A DNA stretch of 64,000 nucleotides, taken from an uncultured Gemmatimonadales bacterium (lineage in GTDB: Bacteria; Gemmatimonadota; Gemmatimonadetes; Gemmatimonadales; Gemmatimonadaceae). Shown in pieces: positions 23,879 through 33,929 of this stretch (position 1 is the first letter of the stretch; every line of letters starts with the position of its first letter). The stretch lies in NCBI GenBank assembly GCA_963851265.1, contig CAWKNZ010000001.1, positions 32,001-96,000 on the forward strand, given 5' to 3'. Both the position numbers and the translations under genes were made by a program. The notes under the pieces were generated by a model. That model was not told the origin of the DNA. It worked only from the letters and a program-made list of their open reading frames with translations, and did not search any database.

Positions 23879-26245
23879 GTGCCGCCCAACGACATCCGCC
23901 TCACGCCCCGCGCGCACGACGCGGCCGTCGACGCGCCCGCCGGCGCGGCCGTCGGCGCGCCCGCGGACCGCGTCGACGGCCGCGACAAGGTGACCGGCGC
24001 CGCGCGCTACTCCGCCGAGTTCCCGTTCGACGGCCTGCTCTACGGCGTGACCGTGGAGAGCAAGATCGCGCGGGGCCGGCTGGCCGCGGTGGACGCGTCG
24101 GCGGCGGAGCGCGCGCCGGGCGTGGTGCGCGTGTTCACCCACGAGAACGCGCGCACGATGCACCGCACCGAGCCCGACCCGTCGGAGCAGCGCTACAAGC
24201 GCCCGGTGCCGGCGCTGCAGGACGACGGCGTCCCGTTCAACGGCGCGTACGTCGCGCTCGTCGTCGCGCGCACGTTCGAGGAGGCGCGGCACGCGGCTGA
24301 CCTCGTCGCGGTCCGCTACGAAGCGGAGGCGCCGCACCTCGACTTCCGCGGCTCGCTCGGCGAGGCCAAGACGCCCGAGTCGATGCTCGGCGAGCCCCCG
24401 AAGCCCGACACGTCCAAAGGGCACTTCGCGTCGGCGTTCGAGGCGGCGCCGGTCAGGGTCGACGCGAACTACGAGACGCCCTACGAGCACAACAACCCGA
24501 TCGAGCCGCACGCGACCATCGCCGTGTGGAGCGACGACGAGCGCCTCACGCTCTACGACGCGACGCAGAGCGCGGACAACGCGCGCACCGCCGTGGCCCA
24601 AACGTTCGGGCTGCAGGAGGAGCAGGTGCGCGTCGTCTGCAAGTTCATCGGCGGCGGGTTCGGGTCGAAGGGCCAGACGTGGGGGCACGCCACGCTCGCC
24701 GCGATGGCGGCGATGGAGCTGAAGCGGCCGGTCAAGGTGGTCGTCGGGCGGCGCGAGATGTTCATGACCACGGGGCACCGCCCGGGCACGATCCAGCGTG
24801 TGCGGCTGGGCGCCGAGCCCGACGGCCGCCTCACGGCCATCGCGCACGACAGCTTCCTGCAGAACTCCGCGATCGACGAGTACTGCGAGGCGGTGGGCTC
24901 GACGACGCGCGTGATGTACGCCGCGGACCACCGCCAGACGACGCACCGCGTGGTGCCGCTCGACCTGCCCACGCCCAACATCATGCGCGCGCCGGGCGAG
25001 GCGCCGGGGAGCTTCGCGCTCGAGAGCGCGATGGACGAGCTGGCCGTCGCGTTAGGCATGGACCCGATCGCGCTGCGCGTCCGCAACGAGCCCGAGACCG
25101 ACCCCGAGAGCGGGCACCCGTTCTCGAGCCGGTCGCTCGTCGTGTGCCTGCGCGAGGGCGCCGAGCGCTTCGGGTGGGCGCGGCGCGACCCGCGGCCGCG
25201 GTCGATGCGCGACGGGCGAACGCTCGTCGGCTACGGCGTGGCCGCGTCCACCTACCCCGCGCGCACGCAGCCCTCCGAGGCCACGGTCACCGTGGACGCC
25301 GGCGGGCGCGCGCACGTGCGCACGGCGGCCACCGACATCGGCACGGGGACGTGGACGGTGCTGGCGCAGGTCGCGGCCGACGCGCTGGGCTTCCCGCTCG
25401 ACCGGGTGACGATCGAGATCGGCGACTCCGACCTGCCGAAGAGCGCGGGCTCCGGCGGCTCGCGCGCGGCGTCGAGCAACGGGTCGGCGGTGCACGACGC
25501 GTGCACCGCGATGCGCGCGCAGCTCGCCGCGCTGGCGCGGCACGACGCGCGCTCCCCGCTGCACCACGAGCCGCTGGACCGCATCCGGTTCCGCGGCGGG
25601 CGCGTGGAACACGCCGACGATCCGGCACGCGGTGAGCCGGCGGCCGCGCTGTTCGCGCGCAACGCCGGCGCCTTTCCGCTCCAGGCGCACGGCGCGCTCG
25701 GGCGGCGGCTGTCGTCGCGCACGCACGCCATGCACGCCTTCGGCGCGCAGTTCGCGGAGGTGGCCGTGGACGAGGACACCGGCGTGGTGCGACTCCGGCG
25801 CATGCTCGGCGTGTTCGCCTGCGGGCGCATCCTCAACGCCAAGACGGCGCGCTCGCAGCTGTTGGGCGCGATGGTGATGGGCGCGGGGATGGCGCTCATG
25901 GAGGAGTCGTACGTCGACGCGCGGTTCGGGCACTTCGTGAACCACGACCTCGCGGACTACCACGTGCCCGTGCAACTCGACATCGCGGCGATCGACGCGG
26001 CGTTCCTGCCTGAGCACGACGACAAGGTGAACCCGCTGGGGACCAAGGGCGTCGGCGAGATCGGCATCGTCGGGCCGGCCGCGGCGATCGCGAACGCGGT
26101 GTACCACGCGACCGGCGTGCGCGTGCGCGACCTGCCGATCACGATGGACAAGGTGCTCACGGGCATGGGAGTCGCCGCGCCCGGGACGGCAGGCGCGCCG
26201 GGGCTGTACGCGTCGACCGCGGATGGGCTTCACTCACGAGACTGA
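23879..26245 (+). CDS. Molybdopterin-binding subunit (PaoC/YagR-like), set 1
   Basis: 'KVTGAARY', 'GGGFGSKG', 'MRAPGE', 'KGVGEIG', 'ANAVYHATG'. Confidence 0.92.
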   Translation: MPPNDIRLTPRAHDAAVDAPAGAAVGAPADRVDGRDKVTGAARYSAEFPFDGLLYGVTVESKIARGRLAAVDASAAERAPGVVRVFTHENARTMHRTEPDPSEQRYKRPVPALQDDGVPFNGAYVALVVARTFEEARHAADLVAVRYEAEAPHLDFRGSLGEAKTPESMLGEPPKPDTSKGHFASAFEAAPVRVDANYETPYEHNNPIEPHATIAVWSDDERLTLYDATQSADNARTAVAQTFGLQEEQVRVVCKFIGGGFGSKGQTWGHATLAAMAAMELKRPVKVVVGRREMFMTTGHRPGTIQRVRLGAEPDGRLTAIAHDSFLQNSAIDEYCEAVGSTTRVMYAADHRQTTHRVVPLDLPTPNIMRAPGEAPGSFALESAMDELAVALGMDPIALRVRNEPETDPESGHPFSSRSLVVCLREGAERFGWARRDPRPRSMRDGRTLVGYGVAASTYPARTQPSEATVTVDAGGRAHVRTAATDIGTGTWTVLAQVAADALGFPLDRVTIEIGDSDLPKSAGSGGSRAASSNGSAVHDACTAMRAQLAALARHDARSPLHHEPLDRIRFRGGRVEHADDPARGEPAAALFARNAGAFPLQAHGALGRRLSSRTHAMHAFGAQFAEVAVDEDTGVVRLRRMLGVFACGRILNAKTARSQLLGAMVMGAGMALMEESYVDARFGHFVNHDLADYHVPVQLDIAAIDAAFLPEHDDKVNPLGTKGVGEIGIVGPAAAIANAVYHATGVRVRDLPITMDKVLTGMGVAAPGTAGAPGLYASTADGLHSRD

Positions 26246-26259
26246 CGAGGAGCGTGGCG

Positions 26260-26856
26260 ATGTCGATGGACGGGGAGAAAGACGGGACAAAGGAGCTGCT
26301 CGCCCGGGGGCTGGAGGTGGTGGGGGCGCACCAGCGGGGCGCCGTTGTGGCGGCCGCGAACAGCGGGCCCGTGCGGGACGCGGTCGCCGCGCTGTTCGCC
26401 CGCGCGCTGCGGCGGCTGTACGCCGCGCACCGGCAGGGAGGCGCGCAGGCGGCCGAGAACCGCGACCTGGCGTCGAACCCGGAGCTGAAGGCCGCGCTCG
26501 CGAAAGGCGTCGAGGAGAACGACGCACAGGTCGAGCGGCTGGAGCGCGTGTTCCGGTTCGCCGACCACGCGGTCGAGGGCACGCCGGACAGGGCGATGCA
26601 GGGCCTCGTCGACGACAACAAGGCGGCCAACGCCGCCCTGACCGACCCGGTGGCGCGCGACCAGCAGCTGATCGCCTCCGCGCAGCTGGCGGCGCATTAC
26701 TACCTCGCGAGCTACGGCACGCTGCACAGCTACGCCCGCACGCTCGGCAACGCCGATGCGGCGGACCTCTTGCAAGACACGCTCGACGAAACGGTTCGTG
26801 TTGACGAACGATTTACCGTGTTGGCTCACCACCTGCTGGTCGCGGCGGCGGGCTGA
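26260..26856 (+). CDS. Ferritin-like DUF892 (YciE/YciF-like) protein
   Basis: 'QVERLERVF', 'AMQGLV', 'RDQQLIASAQ..HYYLASYGTL', 'LLQDTLDE'. Confidence 0.75.
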   Translation: MSMDGEKDGTKELLARGLEVVGAHQRGAVVAAANSGPVRDAVAALFARALRRLYAAHRQGGAQAAENRDLASNPELKAALAKGVEENDAQVERLERVFRFADHAVEGTPDRAMQGLVDDNKAANAALTDPVARDQQLIASAQLAAHYYLASYGTLHSYARTLGNADAADLLQDTLDETVRVDERFTVLAHHLLVAAAG

Positions 26857-26884
26857 GGCTCCCCATTTTGTTCTGCGAGTGGCC

Positions 26885-28150
26885 ATGAACATCCCTGCAC
26901 CGTCCGTCGGCGGCGGTCGTCCGATCGGCGTCGGCGAGCCCGCCCCCGACTTTGCGCTCGCCGACGCGGCGGGGCACGCGCGCCGGCTGTCCGACCTGCG
27001 CGGGTCGCCGGTGGTGCTCGCGTTCCCCGCGCGCGCGGCCGAACCGTGGGACCCCGCGCGGGCCGAGTACGTCGACGCCTACAACCGGCTCGTCGCGCGG
27101 ATGCCGGGGGGCGCCGGGGCCCGACTGCTGCGGGTGGGCGGCGGGGGCGACGCGTGGCGCGAGCTGACGTTCGCCGGCGATGGGGACGGCGGCGCGAGCG
27201 CGGTGTCGATCCCCGTCGTCGCGCAGGACGACGCCGCGGTCGCGGCGGCGTACGGCGTCGCCGGCGGCGCGGCGGTGTTCGTGCTCGACGAGGCGGGCAC
27301 GGTGCGCTGGCGCTCGGGCGACCCGGCGGCCGACGCGTTGGGCGGCACGCTGCCGCACCCCGACGAGGTGGCCGCGGCCCTCGCCGCACTCGCGCCGAAG
27401 GAGGACGCGGCGGCGGGCGCGGCGGAGACCGCAGATCGCGAGTCGGCCGGATGGAGCCGGCGCGCGTTCGTCGCGACGCTGTTCGGCGCGAGCGTCGCGC
27501 TCGTGCTGGTGCCGGGTCGGGCGCGGGCGGCGGCGCCGGGTGCGGCGCGCGATGCCGCCGCGGACCGCGCGATGGACCGTGCCGTCGGCACCGCGATGCC
27601 GGTCACGCTGCACGTGAACGGGCGCGACCTCGCGCTGCAGCTGGAGCCGCGCGTGACGCTGCTCGACGCGCTCCGCGAGTACGCCGGCCTCACGGGTACC
27701 AAGAAGGGGTGCGGGCACGGCCAGTGCGGCGCGTGCACCGTCCACGTCGAGGGGCGGCGCGTGCTCTCGTGCATGTCGCTCGCGGTGATGCAGCAGGGCA
27801 AGGCGATCACGACGATCGAGGGGCTCGCGCCGGTGGCGCTCGCCGAGGCCGCCGCGCCCAAGCCCGAGGCGGGGCAGAGTCCGGGCGTGCTGCACCCCAT
27901 GCAGCAGGCCTTCCTGACGCACGACGGCTACCAGTGCGGCTACTGCACGTCGGGGCAGATCATGTCGGCGGTCGCGGTCCTGCGCGAGCCCTGGGGACCG
28001 GGCGACGACGACGTGCGCGAGGCGATGAGCGGCAACATCTGTCGGTGCGGGGCGTACCCGGGCATCGTCGCCGCCATTCAGGAGGTGCGCGGGCACACGG
28101 CGATGCGCACGAGTTCGAACGCGAGCCCGATGCAGCCCTTCGACGCATGA
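26885..28150 (+). CDS. Fusion: redoxin (AhpC/TSA-like) domain + internal Tat-like segment + PaoA-like 2Fe-2S domain, set 2
   Basis: 'GEPAPDFAL...LSDLRGSPVVLAF', 'AVFVLDEAGTVRW', then 'SRRAFV..ARA', then 'KKGCGHGQCGAC', 'QCGYC', 'NICRC'. Confidence 0.8.
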   Translation: MNIPAPSVGGGRPIGVGEPAPDFALADAAGHARRLSDLRGSPVVLAFPARAAEPWDPARAEYVDAYNRLVARMPGGAGARLLRVGGGGDAWRELTFAGDGDGGASAVSIPVVAQDDAAVAAAYGVAGGAAVFVLDEAGTVRWRSGDPAADALGGTLPHPDEVAAALAALAPKEDAAAGAAETADRESAGWSRRAFVATLFGASVALVLVPGRARAAAPGAARDAAADRAMDRAVGTAMPVTLHVNGRDLALQLEPRVTLLDALREYAGLTGTKKGCGHGQCGACTVHVEGRRVLSCMSLAVMQQGKAITTIEGLAPVALAEAAAPKPEAGQSPGVLHPMQQAFLTHDGYQCGYCTSGQIMSAVAVLREPWGPGDDDVREAMSGNICRCGAYPGIVAAIQEVRGHTAMRTSSNASPMQPFDA

Positions 28151-29142
28151 ACAACTTCGACTACGTGGTCGCCGCCGACCTGGACGCCGCCACCCGCGCG
28201 GGCGCGGTGCAGGGCACGCGCTTCATCGCCGGCGGCACCAACCTCGTCGACCTGATGCAGCTCGGCGTCGAGGCGCCGGCGCACGTGGTCGACGTGAACG
28301 CCCTCGCGGCGCGCGACCCGTCGCTCGCGGCGATCACGATCCTGCCCGACGGCGGCATGCGCCTCGGCGCGCTCGCCCGGATGAGCGACACGGGATGGGA
28401 CGCGCGCGTGCGCGAGCGCTACCCCGCGGTGAGCGAGGCACTGCTGCTGGCCGCGTCGGGGCAGATCCGCAACATGGCGACGTTGGGCGGCAACGTGCTG
28501 CAGCGCACGCGCTGCCCGTACTTCCGCGACACGGGCACGCCATGCAACAAGCGCGAGCCCGGCTCCGGCTGCCCGTCGATTCCGGGGCACAACCGCGAGA
28601 ACGCCGTGCTCGGCACGAGCAAGCACTGCATCGCGACGTACGCCTCGGACTTCGCCATCGCCCTGGCGGCGTTCGACGCGACCGTGCACGTGCGGACGCC
28701 CGAGGGCACCGACCGCACGATCGCCTTCACCGAGTTCCACCTCACGCCCGGTGACCACCCCGAGCGCGAGCACGTGTTGCGGCCGGGCGAGTTGATCACC
28801 GCGTACGACCTGCCGCCCCTCACCGCCGCGCGGCGTTCGACGTACCGCAAGGTGCGCGACCGCGCGAGCTACGCCTACGCGCTCGTGTCGACCGCGGTCG
28901 CGCTCGACGTGCAGGGCGGCACCGTCCGCGACGCGCGCATCGCCCTGGGCGGGCTGGCCACCAAACCCTGGCGTGCGCGCGACGCGGAGCGGGCACTGGT
29001 GGGCCGCCCCGCGACCGAGGCGAGCTACCGCGCCGCGGCCGAGGTGGCGCTCAAGGGCGCGGTGCCCCAGAGCGAAAACGCGTTCAAGATCGAGCTGGCC
29101 AAGCGCACCATCGTGCGCGCGCTGACGGAGGTGTCGGCATGA
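28147..29142 (+). CDS. FAD subunit (PaoB/YagS-like), set 2
   Basis: 'AGGTNLVDLM', 'QIRNMAT', 'CNKREPGSGC', 'KVRDRASY'. ATGA overlap with upstream gene. Confidence 0.9.
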   Translation: MNNFDYVVAADLDAATRAGAVQGTRFIAGGTNLVDLMQLGVEAPAHVVDVNALAARDPSLAAITILPDGGMRLGALARMSDTGWDARVRERYPAVSEALLLAASGQIRNMATLGGNVLQRTRCPYFRDTGTPCNKREPGSGCPSIPGHNRENAVLGTSKHCIATYASDFAIALAAFDATVHVRTPEGTDRTIAFTEFHLTPGDHPEREHVLRPGELITAYDLPPLTAARRSTYRKVRDRASYAYALVSTAVALDVQGGTVRDARIALGGLATKPWRARDAERALVGRPATEASYRAAAEVALKGAVPQSENAFKIELAKRTIVRALTEVSA

Positions 29143-31370
29143 AGAAGGGAGCCCCGGAGGGGCCGAGCATCGGCGCACCGATCGACCGCGTCGACGGCCA
29201 CCTCAAGGTCACGGGCGGCGCACGCTACTCGGCCGAGATGCCCGTCGAACACGTCGCGTACGCGGTGATGGTGACCAGCACCATCGCGCGCGGCCGCGTG
29301 CGGAGCGCGGATACCGCCGCGGCCGAGCGCGCCCAGGGCGTGCTCGCCGTCTACACGCCGGCCAACGCGCCCAAGCTGCCCACGTCGGACAAGGCACTGC
29401 TCAAGCCGCCCGAGGGACGCAAGCTCACGACGCTGCAGGACGACCGGGTCTACTACAACGGGCAGCCGGTCGGGCTCGTCGTGGCCGACACGCTCGAGCA
29501 CGCGATGGCCGCGGCCGAGCTCGTGCGCTTCACGTACGACGCCGAGCGCCCGGAGCTGGACATGGCGACCGCGCCGCGCGGCCAGACGAACAACGGCCGG
29601 CCGGGCGGCAACGAGCCACCATCGTCCAACCGCGGCGACGTCGACGCGGGGCTCGCGGCCGCGGCCGTGCGCCTCGACCACACGTACACGACGCCCATCG
29701 AGCAGCACAACCCGATGGAGCTGCACGCGACGCTGTCGGTGTGGAACGGCGACCACCTCACGCTCTACGACGCGACGCAGGGCATCTTCGGCGTGCGCAA
29801 CACGGTCGCCAAGGCGTTCCAACTGCCGCCCGAGAACGTGCGCGTGGTGTCGTACTTCGTCGGCGGCGGCTTCGGTTCCAAGGGCTCGGCGTGGTCGCAC
29901 GTGCTGCTCTCGGCGCTCGCCGCCAAACAGCTCGACCGGCCGGTGAAGCTGGTCGTCTCGCGGAAGCAGATGTTCGGCCCCGTGGGCGCGCGGCCGCGCA
30001 CCGTACAGCGCGTCCAGCTGGGCGCGATGCGTGACGGACAGCTGACGGCGCTGCGGCACGTGAGCACGTCCAACACGTCGATGCTCGAGGACTGGCTCGA
30101 GCCCTCGGCGGTGTCGACGCGCATCCTGTACGCGGTGCCCAACTGCCAGACCGACCACGTGCTGGCCCGCCTCAACGTGGGGACGCCCACGTTCATGCGC
30201 GCGCCCGGCGAGGCGAGCGGCACGTTCGCCGTCGAGAGCGCGATGGACGAGCTGTCGTACGCGCTGCAGATGGACCCGGTCGCGCTCCGGCTCCGCAACT
30301 ACGCCGAGCAGGACCCCGAGAGCCACAAGCCGTGGTCGAGCAAGTCGCTGCGGCAGTGTTACCACGAGGGGATGGAGCGCTTCGGCTGGTCGCGGCGCAC
30401 GCCGCAGCCGCGCTCGATGACCGACGGACGGTGGCTCGTCGGCTACGGCATGGCCACGGCCACGTACCCGGCGCGGCGCGGCAAGGCACAGGCGCTCGCG
30501 CGCATCTTCCCCGACGGGCGCGGCTGGGTGCTGGCCGGCTCGCAGGACATCGGCACCGGCACGTACACGGTGATGACGCAGATCGCCGCCGACGGGCTGG
30601 GCCTCCCGCCCGAGCGCGTGCGCTTCGAACTCGGCGACACCACCATGCCCGAGAACCCCGGGTCGGGCGGCTCGCGCACGGCGGCGTCCACCGGGTCGGC
30701 GGTGCAGGCGGCGGCGCAGGGCGCGCGACGCGCGGCGGTCCGCATGGCGATCAACGACGCGGCGTCGCCGCTGCACGCCGCCAGGGAGGACGACGTGCGC
30801 GTGACCGACGGGCGCATGCACCTCGCCTCCAACCCGAGCGTGGGCGAGACGTACGCCCAGCTCATCGCCCGCAACGGCAACCAGCCGATCGAGGCGCTCG
30901 AGACCGCACAGCCGGGCGACGAGACCAAGCAGTACTCGATGCACTCGTTCGGCGCGGTGTTCACCGAGGTGCGCGTCGACCGCGACCTCGGCGAGATCCG
31001 CATCCCGCGCGTGGTGGGCGTGTACGGCGTGGGCAACCGCCTGAACGCGAAGACGGCGCAGAGCCAGCTCATCGGCGGCATCGTCTTCGGCATCGGGATG
31101 GCGCTCATGGAGGAGGTGCACGTCGACCCGCACTCGGGTCGCTACGTGAACTCCGACCTCGCCAACTACCACGTGCCGGTGAACGCCGACGTGCACGCGA
31201 TCGACGTGCACTTCGTCGACGAACAGGACCCATACGTGAACCCGTTAGGCATCAAGGGGATCGGCGAGATCGGCATCACCGGGCTGTCGGCGGCGATCGC
31301 CAACGCCGTGTACCACGCCACGGGCAGGCGGATCCGCGACCTGCCGCTGACGCCCGACAAGCTGATCTAG
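29139..31370 (+). CDS. Molybdopterin-binding subunit (PaoC/YagR-like), set 2
   Basis: 'KVTGGARY', 'GGGFGSKG', 'MRAPGE', 'KGIGEIG'. Confidence 0.92.
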   Translation: MKKGAPEGPSIGAPIDRVDGHLKVTGGARYSAEMPVEHVAYAVMVTSTIARGRVRSADTAAAERAQGVLAVYTPANAPKLPTSDKALLKPPEGRKLTTLQDDRVYYNGQPVGLVVADTLEHAMAAAELVRFTYDAERPELDMATAPRGQTNNGRPGGNEPPSSNRGDVDAGLAAAAVRLDHTYTTPIEQHNPMELHATLSVWNGDHLTLYDATQGIFGVRNTVAKAFQLPPENVRVVSYFVGGGFGSKGSAWSHVLLSALAAKQLDRPVKLVVSRKQMFGPVGARPRTVQRVQLGAMRDGQLTALRHVSTSNTSMLEDWLEPSAVSTRILYAVPNCQTDHVLARLNVGTPTFMRAPGEASGTFAVESAMDELSYALQMDPVALRLRNYAEQDPESHKPWSSKSLRQCYHEGMERFGWSRRTPQPRSMTDGRWLVGYGMATATYPARRGKAQALARIFPDGRGWVLAGSQDIGTGTYTVMTQIAADGLGLPPERVRFELGDTTMPENPGSGGSRTAASTGSAVQAAAQGARRAAVRMAINDAASPLHAAREDDVRVTDGRMHLASNPSVGETYAQLIARNGNQPIEALETAQPGDETKQYSMHSFGAVFTEVRVDRDLGEIRIPRVVGVYGVGNRLNAKTAQSQLIGGIVFGIGMALMEEVHVDPHSGRYVNSDLANYHVPVNADVHAIDVHFVDEQDPYVNPLGIKGIGEIGITGLSAAIANAVYHATGRRIRDLPLTPDKLI

Positions 31371-31397
31371 CGCGGCGGCCCGCCCGCGTGACCGACC

Positions 31398-32531
31398 GTG
31401 AGTGACCAACGCAGGGTGGTCGCCGAGCTGGCCGAGCTGGCCGAGCGCGGCGACCCGGTGGTGCTGGCGAGCGTGGTGCGCGTGGTCGGCGCCGCCTACC
31501 GCGGCGTGGGCGCGCGCATGCTCGTCCGCGCCGACGGCAGCACGGTCGGCATGGTGAGCGCGGGGTGCCTCGAGGCCGACCTCGTCGCGCACGCCGCGCG
31601 CGTGCGGGCGGCGGGCGAGGCCGCGCTCGTCACCTACAACAACGACGCGGGCGAGGACGTGGTCTGGGGCCTCGGGCTCGGCTGTGACGGCACGGTCGAG
31701 GTGCTGCTGGAGCCGCTCGCCCCCGCGCGCGCCGCCTCGCTCGCCGCGCTGCTCGAACGCGCGCTCGCCGGCGACGAGCCGGCCCCGCTCGCCACGGTGG
31801 TGCGCACGTCGCGCTCCGATCCGCCCGACGGCGCCTCGGCCGACGGCGCGCCGGAGGTCGGGGCGCGCGTGCTCGTCACGCCCGACGGCCCGCGCTGCGA
31901 CGGCGCGTGGGGCGACGGCGCGGTGCTCGCGCGCGTGCTCGCCGACGTGAGCGCGTCCCCGACCACGCTCGACGTGGGCGGCGTGCGGATCGCGGTCGAG
32001 CGGATCGCCCCGCCCGTGCGCCTCGTCGTCTGCGGAAGCGGGCCCGATGCGGCGCCCGTCGTGCGACTCGCGGCCGGGTTGGGGTGGGACGTGACCGTGG
32101 TCGCGCCGCACGCGGCGTCGGCGGGGCGCGGCGATCGCTTCCCGGGTGCGCGCATGGTCGCCTGCGCCGACCCCGCGCAGCTGGCCGACGCCGTTCCCAT
32201 CGCCGCGCGCACGGCCGCGGTGGTCATGTCCCACGACTACGCGCGCGACCGCGCCTACCTCGGCGCCCTGCTCGACTCCGACGCAGGCTACGTGGGCGTG
32301 ATGGGCCCGCGGCGGCGTACCGAGCGCATGCTGGCCGACCTCGCCGCGGCGGGGCGCACCTGGCTCGACGCGCGCCACGCCCACGTCTACGCCCCGGTCG
32401 GTCTCGACGTGGGCGGCGACGGGCCCGAGGCGATCGCGCTCGCGATCGTGGCCGAGGTGAGCGCGACCGCAGGCGGCCGGGCCGGCGGCCACCTGCGCAC
32501 CCGGCGCGCACCCATCCACGCCGACGTCTGA
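31398..32531 (+). CDS. xdhC: XdhC/CoxI (PaoD-like) molybdoenzyme maturation factor
   Basis: 'GARMLV', 'SAGCLE', 'GLGCDG', 'MSHDY', 'GPRRR', 'PVGLDVG..PEAIALAI'. Confidence 0.88.
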   Translation: MSDQRRVVAELAELAERGDPVVLASVVRVVGAAYRGVGARMLVRADGSTVGMVSAGCLEADLVAHAARVRAAGEAALVTYNNDAGEDVVWGLGLGCDGTVEVLLEPLAPARAASLAALLERALAGDEPAPLATVVRTSRSDPPDGASADGAPEVGARVLVTPDGPRCDGAWGDGAVLARVLADVSASPTTLDVGGVRIAVERIAPPVRLVVCGSGPDAAPVVRLAAGLGWDVTVVAPHAASAGRGDRFPGARMVACADPAQLADAVPIAARTAAVVMSHDYARDRAYLGALLDSDAGYVGVMGPRRRTERMLADLAAAGRTWLDARHAHVYAPVGLDVGGDGPEAIALAIVAEVSATAGGRAGGHLRTRRAPIHADV

Positions 32532-32536
32532 CACTG

Positions 32537-33127
32537 GTGCGCGTCGGCGCCGTCGTCCTGGCCGCGGGCGGGTCGACCCGGCTCGGGCGTCCGAAGCAAC
32601 TGGTGCGCTACGCCGGCGAGCCGCTCGTGCGGCGCGCGGCCCGCGCGGTGATCGACGCCGGGGCGCGGCCGGTAGTCGTCGTGCTCGGCGCGCGCGCGCA
32701 CGACGTCGCCCCCGCGCTCGACGGCGTGCCGGCGCTCACCGTCGTCACGCACGCGCGTTGGGCGGACGGGCTCGGCGCCTCGCTGGCGGCGGGACTGCGC
32801 GCGCTCGACGCGCTCGATCCGGACACCCCCCCGGACGGCGTGCTGCTGACCGTGTGCGACCAGCCGCTCGTCGACGCGGCTGCGTTAGGCGCGTTGCTGG
32901 AGGCGTTCACCGGGCCCGGGTGTGCCGCGGCGGCGGAGTATGCCGGGACGCTCGGGGTGCCGGCGGTGATCGGGCGCGACCATCTGGACGCGCTGCGTGC
33001 CGCGACCGGGGACGCGGGAGCCGGTAGGTGGCTGCGCGCGCACACCGCACTCGTCACGCGGGTGCCGCTCGCGGCGGCCGCGTTCGACGTCGACACCGAG
33101 GCCGACGTCGCGCGGTTCACCGAATAG
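32537..33127 (+). CDS. mocA: Molybdenum cofactor cytidylyltransferase (MocA-like)
   Basis: 'VLAAGGSTRLGRPKQL', 'CDQP', 'GDAGA', 'DVDT'. Confidence 0.82.
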   Translation: MRVGAVVLAAGGSTRLGRPKQLVRYAGEPLVRRAARAVIDAGARPVVVVLGARAHDVAPALDGVPALTVVTHARWADGLGASLAAGLRALDALDPDTPPDGVLLTVCDQPLVDAAALGALLEAFTGPGCAAAAEYAGTLGVPAVIGRDHLDALRAATGDAGAGRWLRAHTALVTRVPLAAAAFDVDTEADVARFTE

Positions 33128-33273
33128 CCGGGGCGCGTGTCGCCACCGTCCGCCCGCCCGCCCGCCCTCGCCCGCGGCGCCGTGCGGGCCGTGCGTCGCG
33201 GAGTGAGCGGGGCGCCCCGCGCCGCGTGGAGCGGCGGCGCGGGGTGCTTCCTGCCTTACGTGGGCCGTTCCGC

Positions 33274-33657
33274 TCAGCGCGCCGGCGGGCGGCCCGGCGC
33301 CGTGCTACCCGGTGTGGTGCTACCCGGCGTCGTCGTGCTACCGGGCGTCGTCGTGCTACCTGGCGTGCCCGTGCTGCCCGGCGTCGTGCTGCCCGGCGTG
33401 GTCGTACCGCCCGGCGTGCCCGTGCTACCCGGCGTCGTCGTACCGCCCGGCAGACTCGTACCGCCCGTGGTTGCGCCGCCGGTCGTACCGCCGGTGGTCG
33501 CGCCGCCAGCCGTCGCGCCACCCGGCGCGGTGGCCGGCGACGGCGAGGAACCGGCCGACGACTGCGACGACGGGGTGCAGCGCGCGCTGGCGACGGCGAG
33601 ACCGGCGACGAGCACGCCCTGCGCGATCCGGCGGGTCATGGCATGAGAACTCGACAT
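33274..33657 (-). CDS. Small putative lipoprotein with Gly/Thr/Pro tandem repeats
   Basis: AGGAG RBS, signal peptide ending ASARC, repeats of PGSTT(T)/GGTT. Confidence 0.6.
   Translation of the reverse strand: MSSSHAMTRRIAQGVLVAGLAVASARCTPSSQSSAGSSPSPATAPGGATAGGATTGGTTGGATTGGTSLPGGTTTPGSTGTPGGTTTPGSTTPGSTGTPGSTTTPGSTTTPGSTTPGSTAPGRPPAR
33296..33450. repeat. Imperfect 15-18 bp coding tandem repeat (cccggcgtcgtcgtgcta-like)
   Basis: About 9 units visible; they encode the PGSTT(T) repeats. Confidence 0.75.
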
Positions 33658-33929
33658 GGGACACTCCTGGAAAAGTTGGGAAGTGCGTGGCCGGCCCAAC
33701 GGGCTGCAGCCGGCCTCGTGTGTCCGCGCGTCAGCGGCGGTCACCGTGTTGCGACACCTCGCGAGGCGGTCACGCAAAACGGCTTCCGCCGCGCCGCCGA
33801 TATCGCGACTTCTTGCGCCACGCGTGCCAATTTGTATGCGAGTGTGTGATTAACGGCACGAGCCGCGGCACGGTCGCGTCGCACGTGCGCTACACGGCGC
33901 GCGGCCCGCGCATTGCCCCACTTCGGCGC

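Noticed and set aside
33296..33500. Repeat array as a possible CRISPR
   Set aside because: Contiguous units in multiples of 3 with no unique spacers and no cas genes; it is a coding repeat.
33137..33646. Plus-strand VVLPG-repeat ORF
   Set aside because: Antisense of the repeat lipoprotein, which has the better RBS and signal peptide.
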